Assembly (NCBI GenBank): GCA_002104945.1
Contig: MCFH01000017.1
Location: 372,001-436,000 of the forward strand
Reading direction: 5' to 3'
Length of the DNA stretch: 64,000 bases
DNA from: Piromyces finnis finn
Taxonomy: Eukaryota > Fungi > Neocallimastigomycota
Numbering within the stretch: the stretch's first letter is position 1; each line of letters begins with the position of its first letter. The notes beneath the pieces are model-generated. The model saw only the letters and a program-made list of their open reading frames with translations. It was not told where the DNA came from and did not search any database. Made by a program: the position numbers and the translations under genes. Below, piece by piece: positions 13,267 through 27,153 of this stretch.

Positions 13267-16200
13267 TATAAGGTAATAGAATATATATGTATGTGTGTAT
13301 ATATATATATGTGTGTGTATGTGTGTGTGTATGTGTGTATATATTTCCTATTGATATTACTAATTAAAAATAAATAAAATTAATTTATTCTTTTCTTTTA
13401 TTTTTTTTTCTTAAAAAAACAAGAGTTTAATTGCTTCAATTTTGGAATGACGACTTTGAAATGGAATGGGAAATGGTTATTTTTTTTATTATTATTATTA
13501 TTGATAATTTTGGTCAAATTAAATATTTTTAAAAAATATTTATATAATAAATAAATATTTCTTTTTCTTTTTCTTTGCCTTTACTTTCTTTCAATATTTC
13601 AAAAAAAGAAAAAAGAAAAAAGTTTCTTTCTTTCTTTTCTTTTCAATTTTACTTTTTTTTTTTTTTTTTTTGTATAAAGAAGAAAAAAATAATTTTTTTT
13701 AAAAAATTTTTCTTTTTTTAAACATTTTATTAATAAACTTTAATTATTATAAAAATAATTATTATTTAAAAAAAAAAAAAAAAAAAAAAGGCAATAAAAC
13801 TGTAAATCAACAACAAACAACAACAACCATCACTATCATCTATTTATTCATTCATTCCTTCATTCTTTTTTCAAAAAAACAAAAATGTTTATTTGATCCT
13901 TATAAAAGAAATACACATAAAAGTTTTCTTTTTTTTTTTGTGGTTAAATTTCACCATAAAAATTTTGGAAAGTAGGGAAGATTTCATGGTAATGAAATTT
14001 TCTTTTTCAATATATTAAATTGTATTGTTAATCTATGGAAGCCCATTTAATTACAATATAAATTATTTAAATTTTTAATTATGATGTGGATTTAATTAAC
14101 CACCATATATTAGAATATACTCCAATATATAATATAATTAAATTATCATTTCTTTTTATTAATAATTCAATTTGAATAATGTTAATAATTAAATTAAAAA
14201 TATATTATAATATATATAAATAATATATGGTAATATATAATTAACTATGGATTGTTTATATTATCTATTTATTAAATAAATTAATTTATGAATTTTCACC
14301 ACGTTTTATTAATTTGACAAATTTTAAATAAAGCCACTACATAAATTGATGTATAGAAGGTCTATAAATGTAGATTAATGAAATATTAAAAATTTGATAA
14401 CTTTATATAGCATTAAATAAATAAATACTATACTATTAAATTAATAGATATAGCGTCACTCAATACATATTTTTACAGCCACAACTTACCAAACACGATG
14501 AACCTTGCCAAAAAATATATAAATAAGAAATTAATAAAATCTTATATAAATAAATGAATAAATAATAGTTAAATAAATAACTACTATTTTATCGCTATTT
14601 ATTTATTTATTCATTTATTTAGGTAGTTGATTTATTAATATAATTATTTATTCATTCATTCATTAATACTACGCTTTATAAAGAGAAGAGTTAAATCGTT
14701 TAGTAAATTAAAATAAAGAGTTAGTTTATAGACTAGTCTAAGTTCCATAAATATTTTCCTTATATATTTATTGGTTTCCTTTTTTTTTTTTTTTCCTTTC
14801 TCATCTTTTATTATTTAGTGAAGGAACGTAAAGAAAGAGAATCATACAATATGAAATGAATATTTATTAATTTCTTATGTATAATATGATAGTTTTTTTT
14901 TTTTTTGGAGAGGAGGTATTTTTAATTTTATTTCCTAATGACACTTAATAATAAATAAGAAATTGTAATAATAATGATGATGAATGATGAATGAATATTA
15001 TAAAAAGTATTAATAATTGATATAAAACATTCAATTTTGTTTTTTTATTATTAATTAAAAAACATATTCAAATTTTCTTTTTTTTTTTTTTTTCAGTTGT
15101 TGTTATTCCATTCAATTTGAATAAATAAAATTATTGAAATATTCATTCAATAACAAACATTGAAATAGTTTAAACGTTTGAATATTCAAAATTCAAATAT
15201 AGAACAAAGTAAAAAAGTTTATTTTTCTTACATGTCAAAAAAAAATAAAATTTATTTTTTCCACATGGTTAATTTATACTTGTGTAACCTGTAGCAGTAG
15301 TAACAATTAATGAAAAAAAAAAAAAAAGATCTTTATTAAAATCACTTTTTTATAACAATTAGAATCCTTTTTATTAACATAAACAATATATAATTTTCTA
15401 CAACCTCCAGTAAATGGATTCTCGTATCTTTCATATTGCCCGACTAAACTGACAGTGTGATTATTTTTCTTATCATAACTTAAAAAAAAATTTTATTAAA
15501 ATCACTTTTTTTTTTTTATTTTCTTCTTATTTATTATTATAAAAGGATTATTTAAAAAAAATAGATACAAATTACTTTTTAATTAAAAACATTGCTATTT
15601 TATTTTCAGCAAGTACTACAAAAGATAAATATATATTTAAAAAAAAAAAGTATAGATTGATATCTTTCACACCCTCACAATACTATGAGTTTAATTGTAT
15701 TAAAAGTTTACAATTTTCAAATTATTATATAAAGAAAAAAAAAAAAAAGATTAAAAAAGAAAAAATTAAGTTTAAAAGTGAAAATCATTTCATTATTATA
15801 CCTTTTGTAATTCTTTTGTAATTATCCCTTTTAATGATTTTCAAATAATAAACTAAAAAAAAAAAAATAATAAAGAAAAAAACAGAGTTTTTTTTTTATT
15901 ATAATGATTAATTCATTTAAAAACTTTTAAAAGAAAAGTAATCGTTTTATATGTATTTTTTTAATTTTTTTTTTCAATATTTAAAAGGTTTATAAGACTT
16001 TTTATAATTAAATATGACTTTTTAAGTTACACTATAGTATTAGTAATGATCTGGTATTGTGGTAACACCTACCTAGAGGATGATAATATATGAATGTTAC
16101 TTTTAGGGATAATAAAAACAGTATAGTTTATTCATTTACTAACTAATAACAATAGTATTTTTTTTTCGTTATAAATTATTATCTAATTAATGAGCCAAAA

Positions 16201-16387
16201 GGTTTTATGTTTTATATATTTAAAAAAAAAAAAAGTATTCTTTTAAAATACCCAATTTTAATAATATTTAAAAAGAGTAATATAATAAATTGGTATTCAT
16301 TTCCTATCTTATTATTATTTATTAATAATTATTTCTCTTTCTTTTCCCCGTCTTCTTTATAAACTTTTTTTTTTTTACTTTTCTAAT

Positions 16388-16537
<150 letters not shown>

Positions 16538-17618
16538 AAATTATGTTCTGTTTTTCACACAGTTGTACATAAAACAAAATTTTTACCATAGTATGCGTTC
16601 TCAATAACCTAAGATAAAGATAGCGTATTCTTAATAATTCCTTTTTGAAAATTAGACTGTATATCATTTAGCATCCTTATCCTTCCATAGATTATGAGAA
16701 ATGATATCAAACCTAATAGAGTGACTAACAAATGGAATTATGTATATGAAATAGTAAAATTGTCCTATATTGGATATTTAACCAATTTACTTATGTATAT
16801 GCCCTAATCCATAGAGAAAATCCAGTGGACAGAATCCCTAATATGAACATGTAAAGGATGTGTATTGTATTACAGTATAAAAACTAGAAATCTTTTCCTT
16901 TCTTTTTTTTAAAAAAAAAATAATAAAAATTGATAATTCATTTATTAATTAATTTAATTGTTTATATTATTAATAAATGGATCAATTTATTTTTTTCATT
17001 TATTAATAAAAAAAAAAAATCTTTAAAAAAAATAAAAAAAAAAGTTCATCACACACACACACACACACACACACCATCTTTAAGTAGTAAAAAGTAAAAA
17101 CATCAAAAAAAAAAAAAAAAAGGAAGAAAGAAAAAACTTCAAAATTTAAATATTATATATTCATAAATATATATTTGTTGAAAAAAAAAAAAAGGTAAAT
17201 AAAATTGAAATTTTTATAAGTAATAAAAGATTGATTTTAAAAAAAAAAAATCATAATGAAAAGAGGAAGAATATATAAATATGAATATTCATTAAAGAAT
17301 ATTGTATTCTTTTATTATTATCAATATTCTTTTATTATCAATATTGTGAAATTTTGAAAATAGTATTATTATTCTTTATATCTATCATTGACTTTTATTA
17401 ATATCATTATTATAATTACTTTTATTAAAAGTTTTAAAGAGCAATTAGTAAAAGAATTAACAAATATTTAATTTTATATATATATATGTGTATATTTATT
17501 GATATCATATATCATTAAAAATAGGAAAAAAAAAAAAAGTAATTTCCAATTAATTAATAAAAGAATTTACAGCAAAATTCATTAAAAATAATATTATTAC
17601 TTTTTTATTTTTTAAAAA

Positions 17619-19745
17619 ATGAGGCATATTAGTATAAGGAAAATTAGAACTTTAATCATTGTTCTATTCGTTTTAATTGTCATAACATTAACTTTTTCAG
17701 CATTAACAAGTAAAAAATCATACACTGAAGATCCTTCTTTCGTCGATTCAATAGGTACTGAAAAAGAAATAAAAGAAAATGTAGATACTGGAATATTAGA
17801 AGATGATGTAGATTTTATGAAAAACGACAAAGAAAATCTTTTAGATAATGATGACTTGAATCAAGATTTCAATGAATTTGCAATTGATAATTCTATTGCT
17901 GAATATGATAAAACTGAAAAAGAAAATCAAGATGATGATATTAATTATGATGATAATACTGATGAAAATGAAAAAAATATTATTGAAGATGATAAAAATG
18001 ATATGAAACAATTTGATGAAGAAAAAAATCTTGATAATGACAACAATTTAGACGGAGATGACGATGATGATGACGATTATAATAATCATATCAAAAATAT
18101 AAAAGAAGATGATAAAAAAGAAATTGATGAAAATGCCAATAAAAACACAAATATTGATGATGATAATAATCTCGATGATGATAATACTTTCAATGATAAT
18201 AATGCTATTGATGATGATGACGACACCCTAAATGTCAATAAAAATATCAATAAGGGTAATATCGATGATAATGATAATAATATTGATGATGATAATATAG
18301 ATGGTGATGACAATGAAATGGGTGACAAGGATGAAGGTCTTTATGACGATAAAAAAGAAAAAGATAATGATAATAATCTTGATGATGATGACAATGTCAG
18401 CGAAAAAAAACAAAATAAAGATGATGATGGTGATGATGATGGTCCTATGGATGGCATGGGAGACAAGAATGATGAATCTATGGATGATATTAATAATGAT
18501 CCAGACGATAATAATAATATTGATGAAGATGAAAATAAAAATAATAATTCTGATGATGATGAAAAAAATATTGATAATGATAATAATATTGATGAAATTA
18601 ATGAAAAGGATCACCATGAGAATGATGATGATCATGACCATGATGAAAATGAAATTGACCCTGATAATGTGGCCGATGAAAATAACCTTGATAATGACAA
18701 GGATGAAGTAGAAGATAAAAATGATGAAGAAGACAATATAAAGAATAAATATGAAATTAAACCAGATAGTATGTTAGGATCAAAAACTAAATTTAAATTA
18801 TTCCATCGTGGATCTAATTATCGTGATTCAGACGATCCAACAGGTACAAAATGTCCAGTAGCATGGGAATGGATAGAGTCACAGGAAGAAAGTGATATCA
18901 TTGCTATGAATCCTTTAGATAATTATTCACAAATTAATCGTATTGAATCATTTGACTATGACAAATCGCGTCAAAAGTTATTGTTGATGTCAATGGAATC
19001 CACAAGTAACTATGAATTTATGTTGACAAAGAAAAAATCTTTTGATTATTTTATTGATTATCGTCTTGATTCGGATGTTCCAATTCCTTATACCTATGAT
19101 TTCTTTAACTTTTTAAAACCAGCCCTTCCAACAAAGGAAAAAGGAAAGGATGGAAGAGGTCTTGCTGCCGTTTTCATCTCTAATTGTAATGCCGTCAATG
19201 AAAGATTAGAATTTTTAAAACAATTAATGGAATATACCAAAATTGATTCCTTTGGTATGTGTGCCCACAACAAAGAGGTATACGATGAAGATAGTGATAG
19301 AGATTCCTGGCAAACTAAAATGAATACCATTAGTAAATATAAATTTACCCTTGCCTTTGAAAACTCTAATGATCGTGACTATGTCACCGAAAAATTCTTC
19401 CAACCTCTTGAAGCCGGTTCTGTACCTGTCTTTTTTGGTACTTCTAATATTGCTGATTTTGCACCAGAACATTCTTTTATCAATGCCAATGATTTCGAAA
19501 GTGCAAAAGAATTAGCAGAATATTTGGAAATGTTGGATAAAGATGATAAAGAATACGAAAGCTATTTAGAATGGAAAAAGAAGGGAGAAATTGGTGAAAA
19601 TCTTGAACATCTAATTGAAATCCGAAAGTTTAATAGTATTTGTCAATTACTTCAACGTATTAAGGGATTATGGATTAATCCTTATTTAACCATATGGGAT
19701 AGAAAAGATGTTTCTAAAGGTGAAAGAGCCTGTGGATTATGTTAA
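17619..19745 (+). CDS. GT10 alpha-1,3-fucosyltransferase with very long Asp/Asn-rich stem
   Basis: Intronless 708 aa. N-terminal TM anchor, AAVFISNC and the family motif YKFTLAFENSNDRDYVTEKFFQPLEAGSVPV. Confidence 0.93.
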   Translation: MRHISIRKIRTLIIVLFVLIVITLTFSALTSKKSYTEDPSFVDSIGTEKEIKENVDTGILEDDVDFMKNDKENLLDNDDLNQDFNEFAIDNSIAEYDKTEKENQDDDINYDDNTDENEKNIIEDDKNDMKQFDEEKNLDNDNNLDGDDDDDDDYNNHIKNIKEDDKKEIDENANKNTNIDDDNNLDDDNTFNDNNAIDDDDDTLNVNKNINKGNIDDNDNNIDDDNIDGDDNEMGDKDEGLYDDKKEKDNDNNLDDDDNVSEKKQNKDDDGDDDGPMDGMGDKNDESMDDINNDPDDNNNIDEDENKNNNSDDDEKNIDNDNNIDEINEKDHHENDDDHDHDENEIDPDNVADENNLDNDKDEVEDKNDEEDNIKNKYEIKPDSMLGSKTKFKLFHRGSNYRDSDDPTGTKCPVAWEWIESQEESDIIAMNPLDNYSQINRIESFDYDKSRQKLLLMSMESTSNYEFMLTKKKSFDYFIDYRLDSDVPIPYTYDFFNFLKPALPTKEKGKDGRGLAAVFISNCNAVNERLEFLKQLMEYTKIDSFGMCAHNKEVYDEDSDRDSWQTKMNTISKYKFTLAFENSNDRDYVTEKFFQPLEAGSVPVFFGTSNIADFAPEHSFINANDFESAKELAEYLEMLDKDDKEYESYLEWKKKGEIGENLEHLIEIRKFNSICQLLQRIKGLWINPYLTIWDRKDVSKGERACGLC

Positions 19746-19959
19746 GAAGTTTTTTTTTTTTTTTTTAATTTTGAAATCTGGAAATTACACCTACACCCTA
19801 TGATAGGCACATACACTACCCGTACTCTCTACATTTTAATATATCATTTATCTATTAGGAATAGATATTAAATTTTATTTAAAAGAAATTCATGTTTAAA
19901 AAAAAAAAAAAAAAACATATTCAATGATCATTAATTATTATTATTATTATTATATATAC

Positions 19960-19990
<31 letters not shown>

Positions 19991-21680
19991 AGTTTTTATA
20001 TTCATCATCAACAGCAACAGTAACAGCACATAATTATCCATAAAAAAAAAAAAAAAAAAAGAAAAACTAATTAAAGTTATATCATTTATAATATCATACA
20101 TTCTTTTATATCAACATTTTTAATTAATCAATAACAATATTCACACACATATATATTTCCCTAAAAAAGAAAAAAAACACCTTTTTTAAATTTACCATTT
20201 ATGAAATACTATTTATTTAAATTAATAAAGAAAATAGAAATTTCTTTTGTTTTTCAACATTTATATGCCTATATAAAACATAAATCCTTCATCATAAAAA
20301 TATTATATTATTCATACCTCCTATAATGTACTACTAAATTTGTTTTATATACCCTTTTTTTTTTTTTTAATTCTCCATCTATTTAACCTATCCTACCTTT
20401 TATTTCTTTTTTCTTTTTTCAATTTTTACCATTTTTATATATAATAATTAAAATGTATATATATGCCTATCCATATATACATTTCTTATCATTAATATAT
20501 AGATTAGTTATTGATAAAAATTTTTGTTACTTTTCTTAGTTTTTTACTGGAACTTGTTATTACTTTTTTATTTAAATGAAAATAACAAAATTTTAAAAGT
20601 AAGAAATATAAATATTTATTAATAAAAAAAAAATCTTTTTTTTTATAACTAAAATAATCATTCATAATAGATTGAATAATCACCATTTTTAGTTTTATAA
20701 AAAGTAATTATTTAAAGTATATATAAAATATTATTTATTATTCTTACTTTTTTTTTTAAAAGAAAAAAAGATAATAAAAAGTTAAACCATATAAAAAAAA
20801 TTATATATAATATAATTAGAAACTAACTCAATCAAAAGAAAAAGAAAAGGAAAGGAAAAAATATAGAAAATGAATAAAAGAAATATATATATATATAAAA
20901 GAATCCTATACAACTTTTTTTTATATATATATGAAAAATAATAATAATAAAAAAAAAAAAAAAAGCATAATATTAATTAAACAAGTAAAAAGTAAGAACA
21001 TAATTAAAAAATAATAATAAAATAATAAAATAAATAAATATATATAAATAATAATAGTTGATACATATTATTGTTACTTTATATATATATATATATATAT
21101 TATTACACTTTAGTTGATCTTAAGTTTATTTTAATATATATAGGTTTAAAAACCATTTTTATTTCATTATTTGATTCTTATTTTAATTTTTAACATAAAA
21201 CAAAAAGGTGTAATTCTTTTTTATTTATATGTGTACCACTGTAATGTAAAATACAATGAAGTTTAAATTAATAATTAATTGTTTTTTTTTTTTTTTTTTT
21301 TTTTTTGCTAATAAAGTATTTCCATTTTTTAACAACATTTGTTAAAAAAAAAAATAAACAAGAATCTTATAGTTTAAAATTTAGAAATTATTCATTATAT
21401 TTTAAAGTTTTAATCATCTACATCTTTTCGGTAGTAAAAAAAAGTAAAATAATAAAGTTTTATTTTAATTAAATTTATAACAAAAAGAAAAAAGTATAAT
21501 ATTTATATGTATTTGTATATATTTTATTATTATTATTTTTTTCTTAAATCTATTCTATAATAGTACTACTGCTACAACTATTGTTCATTTTACAATTTAG
21601 AAAAAAATTTATTTAAAAAAAAAAAGATTCTAGAAAAAAAAAATAGAAACTTCATTAGTAATAATAGATAAATATAATAA

Positions 21681-23270
21681 ATGGTCAATAAGTTATTTAG
21701 TATTAGAAGGTTAAGGACATGCTTAATCTTCACAGGGGTTGGAATGATTTTTGTTCTTTTATTCTTGATATTTTTTAAGGATGAAAAGATCACCGATAAT
21801 ATAGAGAGAACCAGAAAATTAGCATTAAAAAGTCAAAATGTTGTCAATTTAAAAGAATTAACTGACAGTATCAATGAACCATTAAGAACAAATCCATTAA
21901 AATATAATAATAAAAATGAAAAAGGTAAAGAAGGAGAGGACGAAACCTTGGAAGATCTTTACAATAATAATAAATTGGATTCAGAAGTAGAAAGATATGA
22001 ATATGAAAAAATAATTACAGAAGATAATGAAAATGATCGTGAAATTGAAAAAGAAAAATGGGAAAATGAAAATGGCATTATTGAAGAACAAATTCTTAAA
22101 AGTATTAAGGAAAATATCAATAAAAAAATGAAAGGAAAAAAAAAAGGTGGAAAGAAAAAGTCTGGTCATAAAAAGAAACCAAAGATTCCAGTCTATAATC
22201 CTAACAATAATAATACCAATACAATGAGTTATTCATCAAATGAAAATGAGACAGAAAAAAAAGAAGAAACAAATAAAAAACCAAAGGAAACTTTAGATTT
22301 TTCAACCAAAGAATTCTTTAAACTTTACCATAAAGGACCAAATTATCGTGATGGAGATGACCCAAAAGGATTAAAATGTCCTGTACCTTGGACCTGGACA
22401 GACGATGAAGAGGAAAGTGATATTATTGTTATGAACGTTTTAGATAATTTATTTGATATTATGAGAATAGAAGATTACGACTATGATAAATCTCGTCAAA
22501 AATTATTATTAATGTCTATGGAGTCTGTCAGTAATTATGATGTAATGGTGTCGAAAAAGGATAAATTTGATTATTTCATAGATTATCGACTTGATTCTGA
22601 TGTACCAATTCCATATTCCTATACCTTTTTTGACTTTTCTAAAACCCCTGTTCCAACCAAATATAAAGGTTTAGGAGGTAGAGGTTTAGCCGCTGTTTTT
22701 ATATCCAATTGTGCTGCTCGTAATAAAAGATTAGAATTCTTAAGCGAATTAATGAAGTATGCCAAAATTGATTCTTTTGGTATGTGTAATAATAATAAAA
22801 ATGTATATGATGAAGATATTGCCGATAGTTCATGGAATACTAAAATGAATACAATACGAAAGTACAAATTTACCCTTGCTTTTGAAAATTCTGATGATCG
22901 TGACTACGTCACCGAAAAATTCTTCCAACCCTTAGAAGTTGGTTCCGTTCCTATCTTCTTTGGTACTTCTAATATTGCTGATTTTGCCCCACCTCATTCC
23001 TATATTGATGCTAAAGATTTTGAAAATGCTCAAGAATTAGCAGAATATTTAGAATATTTAGATAAAAATGATGATGAATACGAAAAATATTTAGAATGGA
23101 AGAAAACCGGAAACTTTGGCGAAAATCTTGAACATTTAATTGAAATTCGAAAGTTCAATAGTATTTGTCAATTACTTCAACGTATTAAAGGATTATGGAT
23201 TAATCCTTATTTAACCATATGGGATAGAAAAGATGTTCCTGAAAATGAAAGAGCCTGTGGTCTATGTTAA
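21681..23270 (+). CDS. GT10 alpha-1,3-fucosyltransferase paralog with Glu/Lys-rich stem
   Basis: Intronless 529 aa. Type II TM anchor and YKFTLAFENSDDRDYVTEKFFQPLEVGSVP; catalytic domain is collinear with the upstream copy. Confidence 0.93.
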   Translation: MVNKLFSIRRLRTCLIFTGVGMIFVLLFLIFFKDEKITDNIERTRKLALKSQNVVNLKELTDSINEPLRTNPLKYNNKNEKGKEGEDETLEDLYNNNKLDSEVERYEYEKIITEDNENDREIEKEKWENENGIIEEQILKSIKENINKKMKGKKKGGKKKSGHKKKPKIPVYNPNNNNTNTMSYSSNENETEKKEETNKKPKETLDFSTKEFFKLYHKGPNYRDGDDPKGLKCPVPWTWTDDEEESDIIVMNVLDNLFDIMRIEDYDYDKSRQKLLLMSMESVSNYDVMVSKKDKFDYFIDYRLDSDVPIPYSYTFFDFSKTPVPTKYKGLGGRGLAAVFISNCAARNKRLEFLSELMKYAKIDSFGMCNNNKNVYDEDIADSSWNTKMNTIRKYKFTLAFENSDDRDYVTEKFFQPLEVGSVPIFFGTSNIADFAPPHSYIDAKDFENAQELAEYLEYLDKNDDEYEKYLEWKKTGNFGENLEHLIEIRKFNSICQLLQRIKGLWINPYLTIWDRKDVPENERACGLC

Positions 23271-23392
23271 TAAGTTGGAAGAAAAAAAAAAATTTTTTTA
23301 AACCCAGAAAATGATAATAATAATACAATACTTTTAGAAAAAAAATAATATTTCATCATTACTAGAAAAAATAAAAAAAAAAAAAAAAAAAA

Positions 23393-23423
<31 letters not shown>

Positions 23424-23597
23424 TAAAATGGATTAAATAATTATGCTTTTTTTTTTATAAATCTTTTATAATCCTATACCAATAAATTGTAATTATTATT
23501 ACTTCAATTGACTTTTTTTTTTAAAAAAAATTAATACAAAAGTAGAGTTAAATTACATTAAGAGGTGCACTAATTATCGTCATCATCATCCTACCAC

Positions 23598-23684
<87 letters not shown>
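23598..23684. repeat. (AAT)n microsatellite
   Basis: Directly visible. Confidence 0.95.
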
Positions 23685-23820
23685 TCTATGTTTCTATGTT
23701 TAATTTAGTTTAATATAAAATAAAAATATTAAAGTTTTATATAAAAAGGGCATGTTTATTACTTTTTAAATTTTTTAATATAAAAATTTATTTTATATTA
23801 ATTATAATTGTTTATTTACT

Positions 23821-24125
23821 TTATAATAATATATTTATTTACTTTATTATATAAATTTATTTAATCTATAATTATTCGTTCATTCATTTTATATTTATTT
23901 ATTTTATAATAATATATTTATTTACTTTATTATATACATTTATTTAGTCTATAATTATTCATTCATTCATTTTATATTTATTTATTTTATAATAATATGT
24001 TTATTTACTTTATTATATACATTTATTTAGTCTATAATTATTCATTCATTCATTTTATATTTATTTTATAATAATATATTTATTTACTTTATTATATAAA
24101 TTTATTTAGTCTATAATTATTCATC
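23821..24125. repeat. About 83-bp AT-rich minisatellite, about 3.7 copies
   Basis: Unit beginning ttataataatatatttatttacttt recurs at 23821, 23904, 23987 and 24066. Confidence 0.85.
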
Positions 24126-24512
24126 TATTAACTTTATATTTGTACTTCTTTTACATGCAATCAACAAATTTTTAGTTTATAAAAATTTTTTCATTTCAAG
24201 AATTCGGATTTTTTTTTTTATTTCATAAATAATAAAGCCTTTTTTTCCAGTTCCCTATTACATAGGAAATATTATTAATGACTACTACCATCTACGTTAT
24301 AAGGGAAGAGATATCAAAGTAAAAAGTATCTTTTTTCCTTTACTCTTCTTTGCTTTGGTGAAAAAGAAACAGCTTTCATCATAAATTTTTATTATATTAT
24401 TGATTATATTGTAATATATGGAATTTTATATTATTCATTTTTTATTAATATATTAATGGATTAATCATTTTATATGCATTCTGAATTTTGATTGGTTGAT
24501 AAAACTAAAATA

Positions 24513-24543
<31 letters not shown>

Positions 24544-24983
24544 ATAGGAAGGATGAAGGGAAGGAAGAAGAGGAAGAAACATTAAAACATTAAAAAGGTA
24601 GATTAGAATAATGATATTAAAATGAGCAAAATAATACAATATAATATCTTCTACTACAAAAGAAATGATTTTATTTTTTATTGCCTAAAAAAAAAAAAAG
24701 AAAAAGGCTTGTTAATATTAATTCTTTCCTTTTTTTTTTAATTCCTATTTAAAAAAATTTTATAATTTTTTTTAATCCAATAATCTATTAATCTAATATA
24801 ATGTATACATTAATGAATTGATATTATCAATAATGTATACATTTTACTTTTTTTTTTTTTTACTTTTGGAATAAAAATATAAAAAACTTTTTTTTTTCTT
24901 TTTTTTTTAAAAAGTTACAAAAGTCATTTAGAAATTTTATTTTAATAAATTTTTAAAGTTTAATACTTTTTAAAAAACAAAAC

Positions 24984-26630
24984 ATGTCTACTAAGGGAAA
25001 GGTTCTTTTAGCTTACTCTGGTGGTTTAGATACCTCCTGTATTCTTGCCTGGCTCATTGAACAAGTGAATATTTAAAAAATTAACTTTTTTTTATATATA
25101 GAAAAAAGATGGAAACGAAAAAAAAAAGGATGGAACAAAAAAAAAAAAAAATTATTTATGAAAATAAGAATAAAGGAAAACTTTAAAAAAAAAGAAACAG
25201 ATATAAAAGAAATAAGATTAAATGTATAATTAAAATGATAAAAGGAAAGGAAAAAAGATTAATAATAAAATAATAAAAAAAAAAAGGATAGATTGATAAG
25301 AAAGATGGTATAATAGAAAGTTTTTTATTATATTTAAAAGTAAGATAGTATCAAAAGATTTTAAGAAAAAAAATACTTTATAAAGATATTAAAAAAAAAG
25401 GTTTAAAACGTTATTTTAAAAAACATAAGAAAGTTACTAATTGAAAAAATTAATAATATTTTTTAAAAAAAATAGGGTTACGAAGTTCAATGTTACATGG
25501 CCAACATTGGTCAAATCGAAGATTTCGATGCTGCCAAGGAAAAGGCTTTAAAGATCGGTGCTACTGCTGTCTACATTGAAGATATCCGTCGTGACTTCGT
25601 CAACACCACCATTTTACCAGCTATTCAAGCTAACTGTATCTACGAAGGTGTCTACCTTCTCGGTACTTCCTTAGCTCGTCCAGTTATCGCTGCTAAGCAA
25701 ATGGAAATTGCCAAGAGAGAAGGTTGTCAATTCGTTTCTCACGGTTGTACCGGTAAGGGTAACGACCAAGTCAGATTCGAATTAGCTTTCTACGCTCTTG
25801 ACCCAAAGATTCAAGTTATTGCCCCATGGAGAATTCCAGAATTCTACAACAGATTCCAAGGTCGTAGTGACTTACTCGCTTACGCCGCTGAAAAGAACAT
25901 TCCAGTTCAACAAACCGCTGCTAAGCCATGGAGTACTGATGAAAACCTTTACCACATTTCCTTCGAAGCTGGTATCCTTGAAGATCCAAACGTTACTCCA
26001 CCACCAAACATGTGGAAGCTTACTGTTAACCCAGAAGAAGCTCCAAACACTCCAGAACACATTGCCATCACTTTCAAGGCTGGTATCCCAGTTAAGGTTG
26101 AAAACTTAGATGATGGTCATGTTGAAACTGATCCACTTGACCTCTTCATCTACTTAAACACTCTTGGTAGAAAGCACGGTGTTGGTAGAATCGATATTGT
26201 CGAAAACCGTTTCATTGGTATCAAGTCTCGTGGTTGCTACGAAACTCCAGGTGGTACCATCCTCCGTGCTTGCCACGTCGATCTTGAAGGTATCTGTATG
26301 GACCGTGAAGCTCGTCGTTTAAGAGATTCTCTTGGTGTCAGATTATCTGAAATCCTTTACAATGGTTACTGGTTCACTGCTGAACGTGAAATCATCCAAG
26401 CTGCCGTTAACGAATCCCAAAAGTACATTGACGGTACCGTCAAGTGCAAGCTCTACAAGGGTTCCGTTACCATGGAAGGTCGTACCTCTCCAAACAGTCT
26501 TTACGACCAAGATCTTTCCAGTATGGATATTGCTGGTGGTTTCCACCCACTTGATTCTGAAGGTTTCATTAAGATTCAATCTATCAGATTAAAGGCTTAC
26601 ACTGACATGAAGAACAGACTTTCTAACTAA
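24984..26630 (+). CDS. ARG1: Argininosuccinate synthase, 411 aa, 2 exons
   Basis: Exon 1 (24984-25064) gives [27 protein letters not shown]. Exon 2 (25476-26630) contains [24 protein letters not shown] and [10 protein letters not shown]. Strong codon bias. Confidence 0.98.
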
Positions 26631-27076
26631 ATTTAAAAGTTCAGTGGTATAAAAAATGAATGCCCAATGCATAAAATTTGTTTTTTAAAAAATTAGTAAT
26701 TTAAATAAAAAAAATATTAAAATAAAAATGGAAAAAAAACCAATGAAAAGAAATTAAAACGAAATTGCAAATAAATCAAATGAATTAAACAACGAAAAAG
26801 CAAATATTTAATAATATTAGAAAAAAAATATTGAAAAATAATATTGAAAAAATTAACCTAAATAAAAAAAAAATTAAATTTAAAAAAAAAAAATAATTTT
26901 ATAATACTCTGTGAATTTAATATAATTTAGTGTTTTATTATTAATTGTTATTGAAATAGTAAGGGGAAAAGGGTAGATAGTATTTTAATGGTGAAAAAAA
27001 GAAAGACCATTTTAAACGATTTTAAATATTTTATAACAATTACAAGAGAATAAAATATTGTTTTATAACAAATAGT

Positions 27077-27117
<41 letters not shown>

Positions 27118-27153
27118 AAAATAATTGTTGTAAGAATGGAATAAAGAATTATA

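Noticed and set aside
18086-18711. Overlapping M/I-rich ORFs in the FucT stem
   Set aside because: Alternative frames of GAT/AAT low-complexity coding sequence.
24230-24400. GC-richer patch upstream of ARG1, possible small exon or ORF
   Set aside because: Only a 22-codon frame, with no recognisable motif or partner exons.
25497-26630. 377-aa ORF as the complete ARG1
   Set aside because: It lacks the [12 protein letters not shown]-binding motif, which lies in an upstream exon at 24984-25064.
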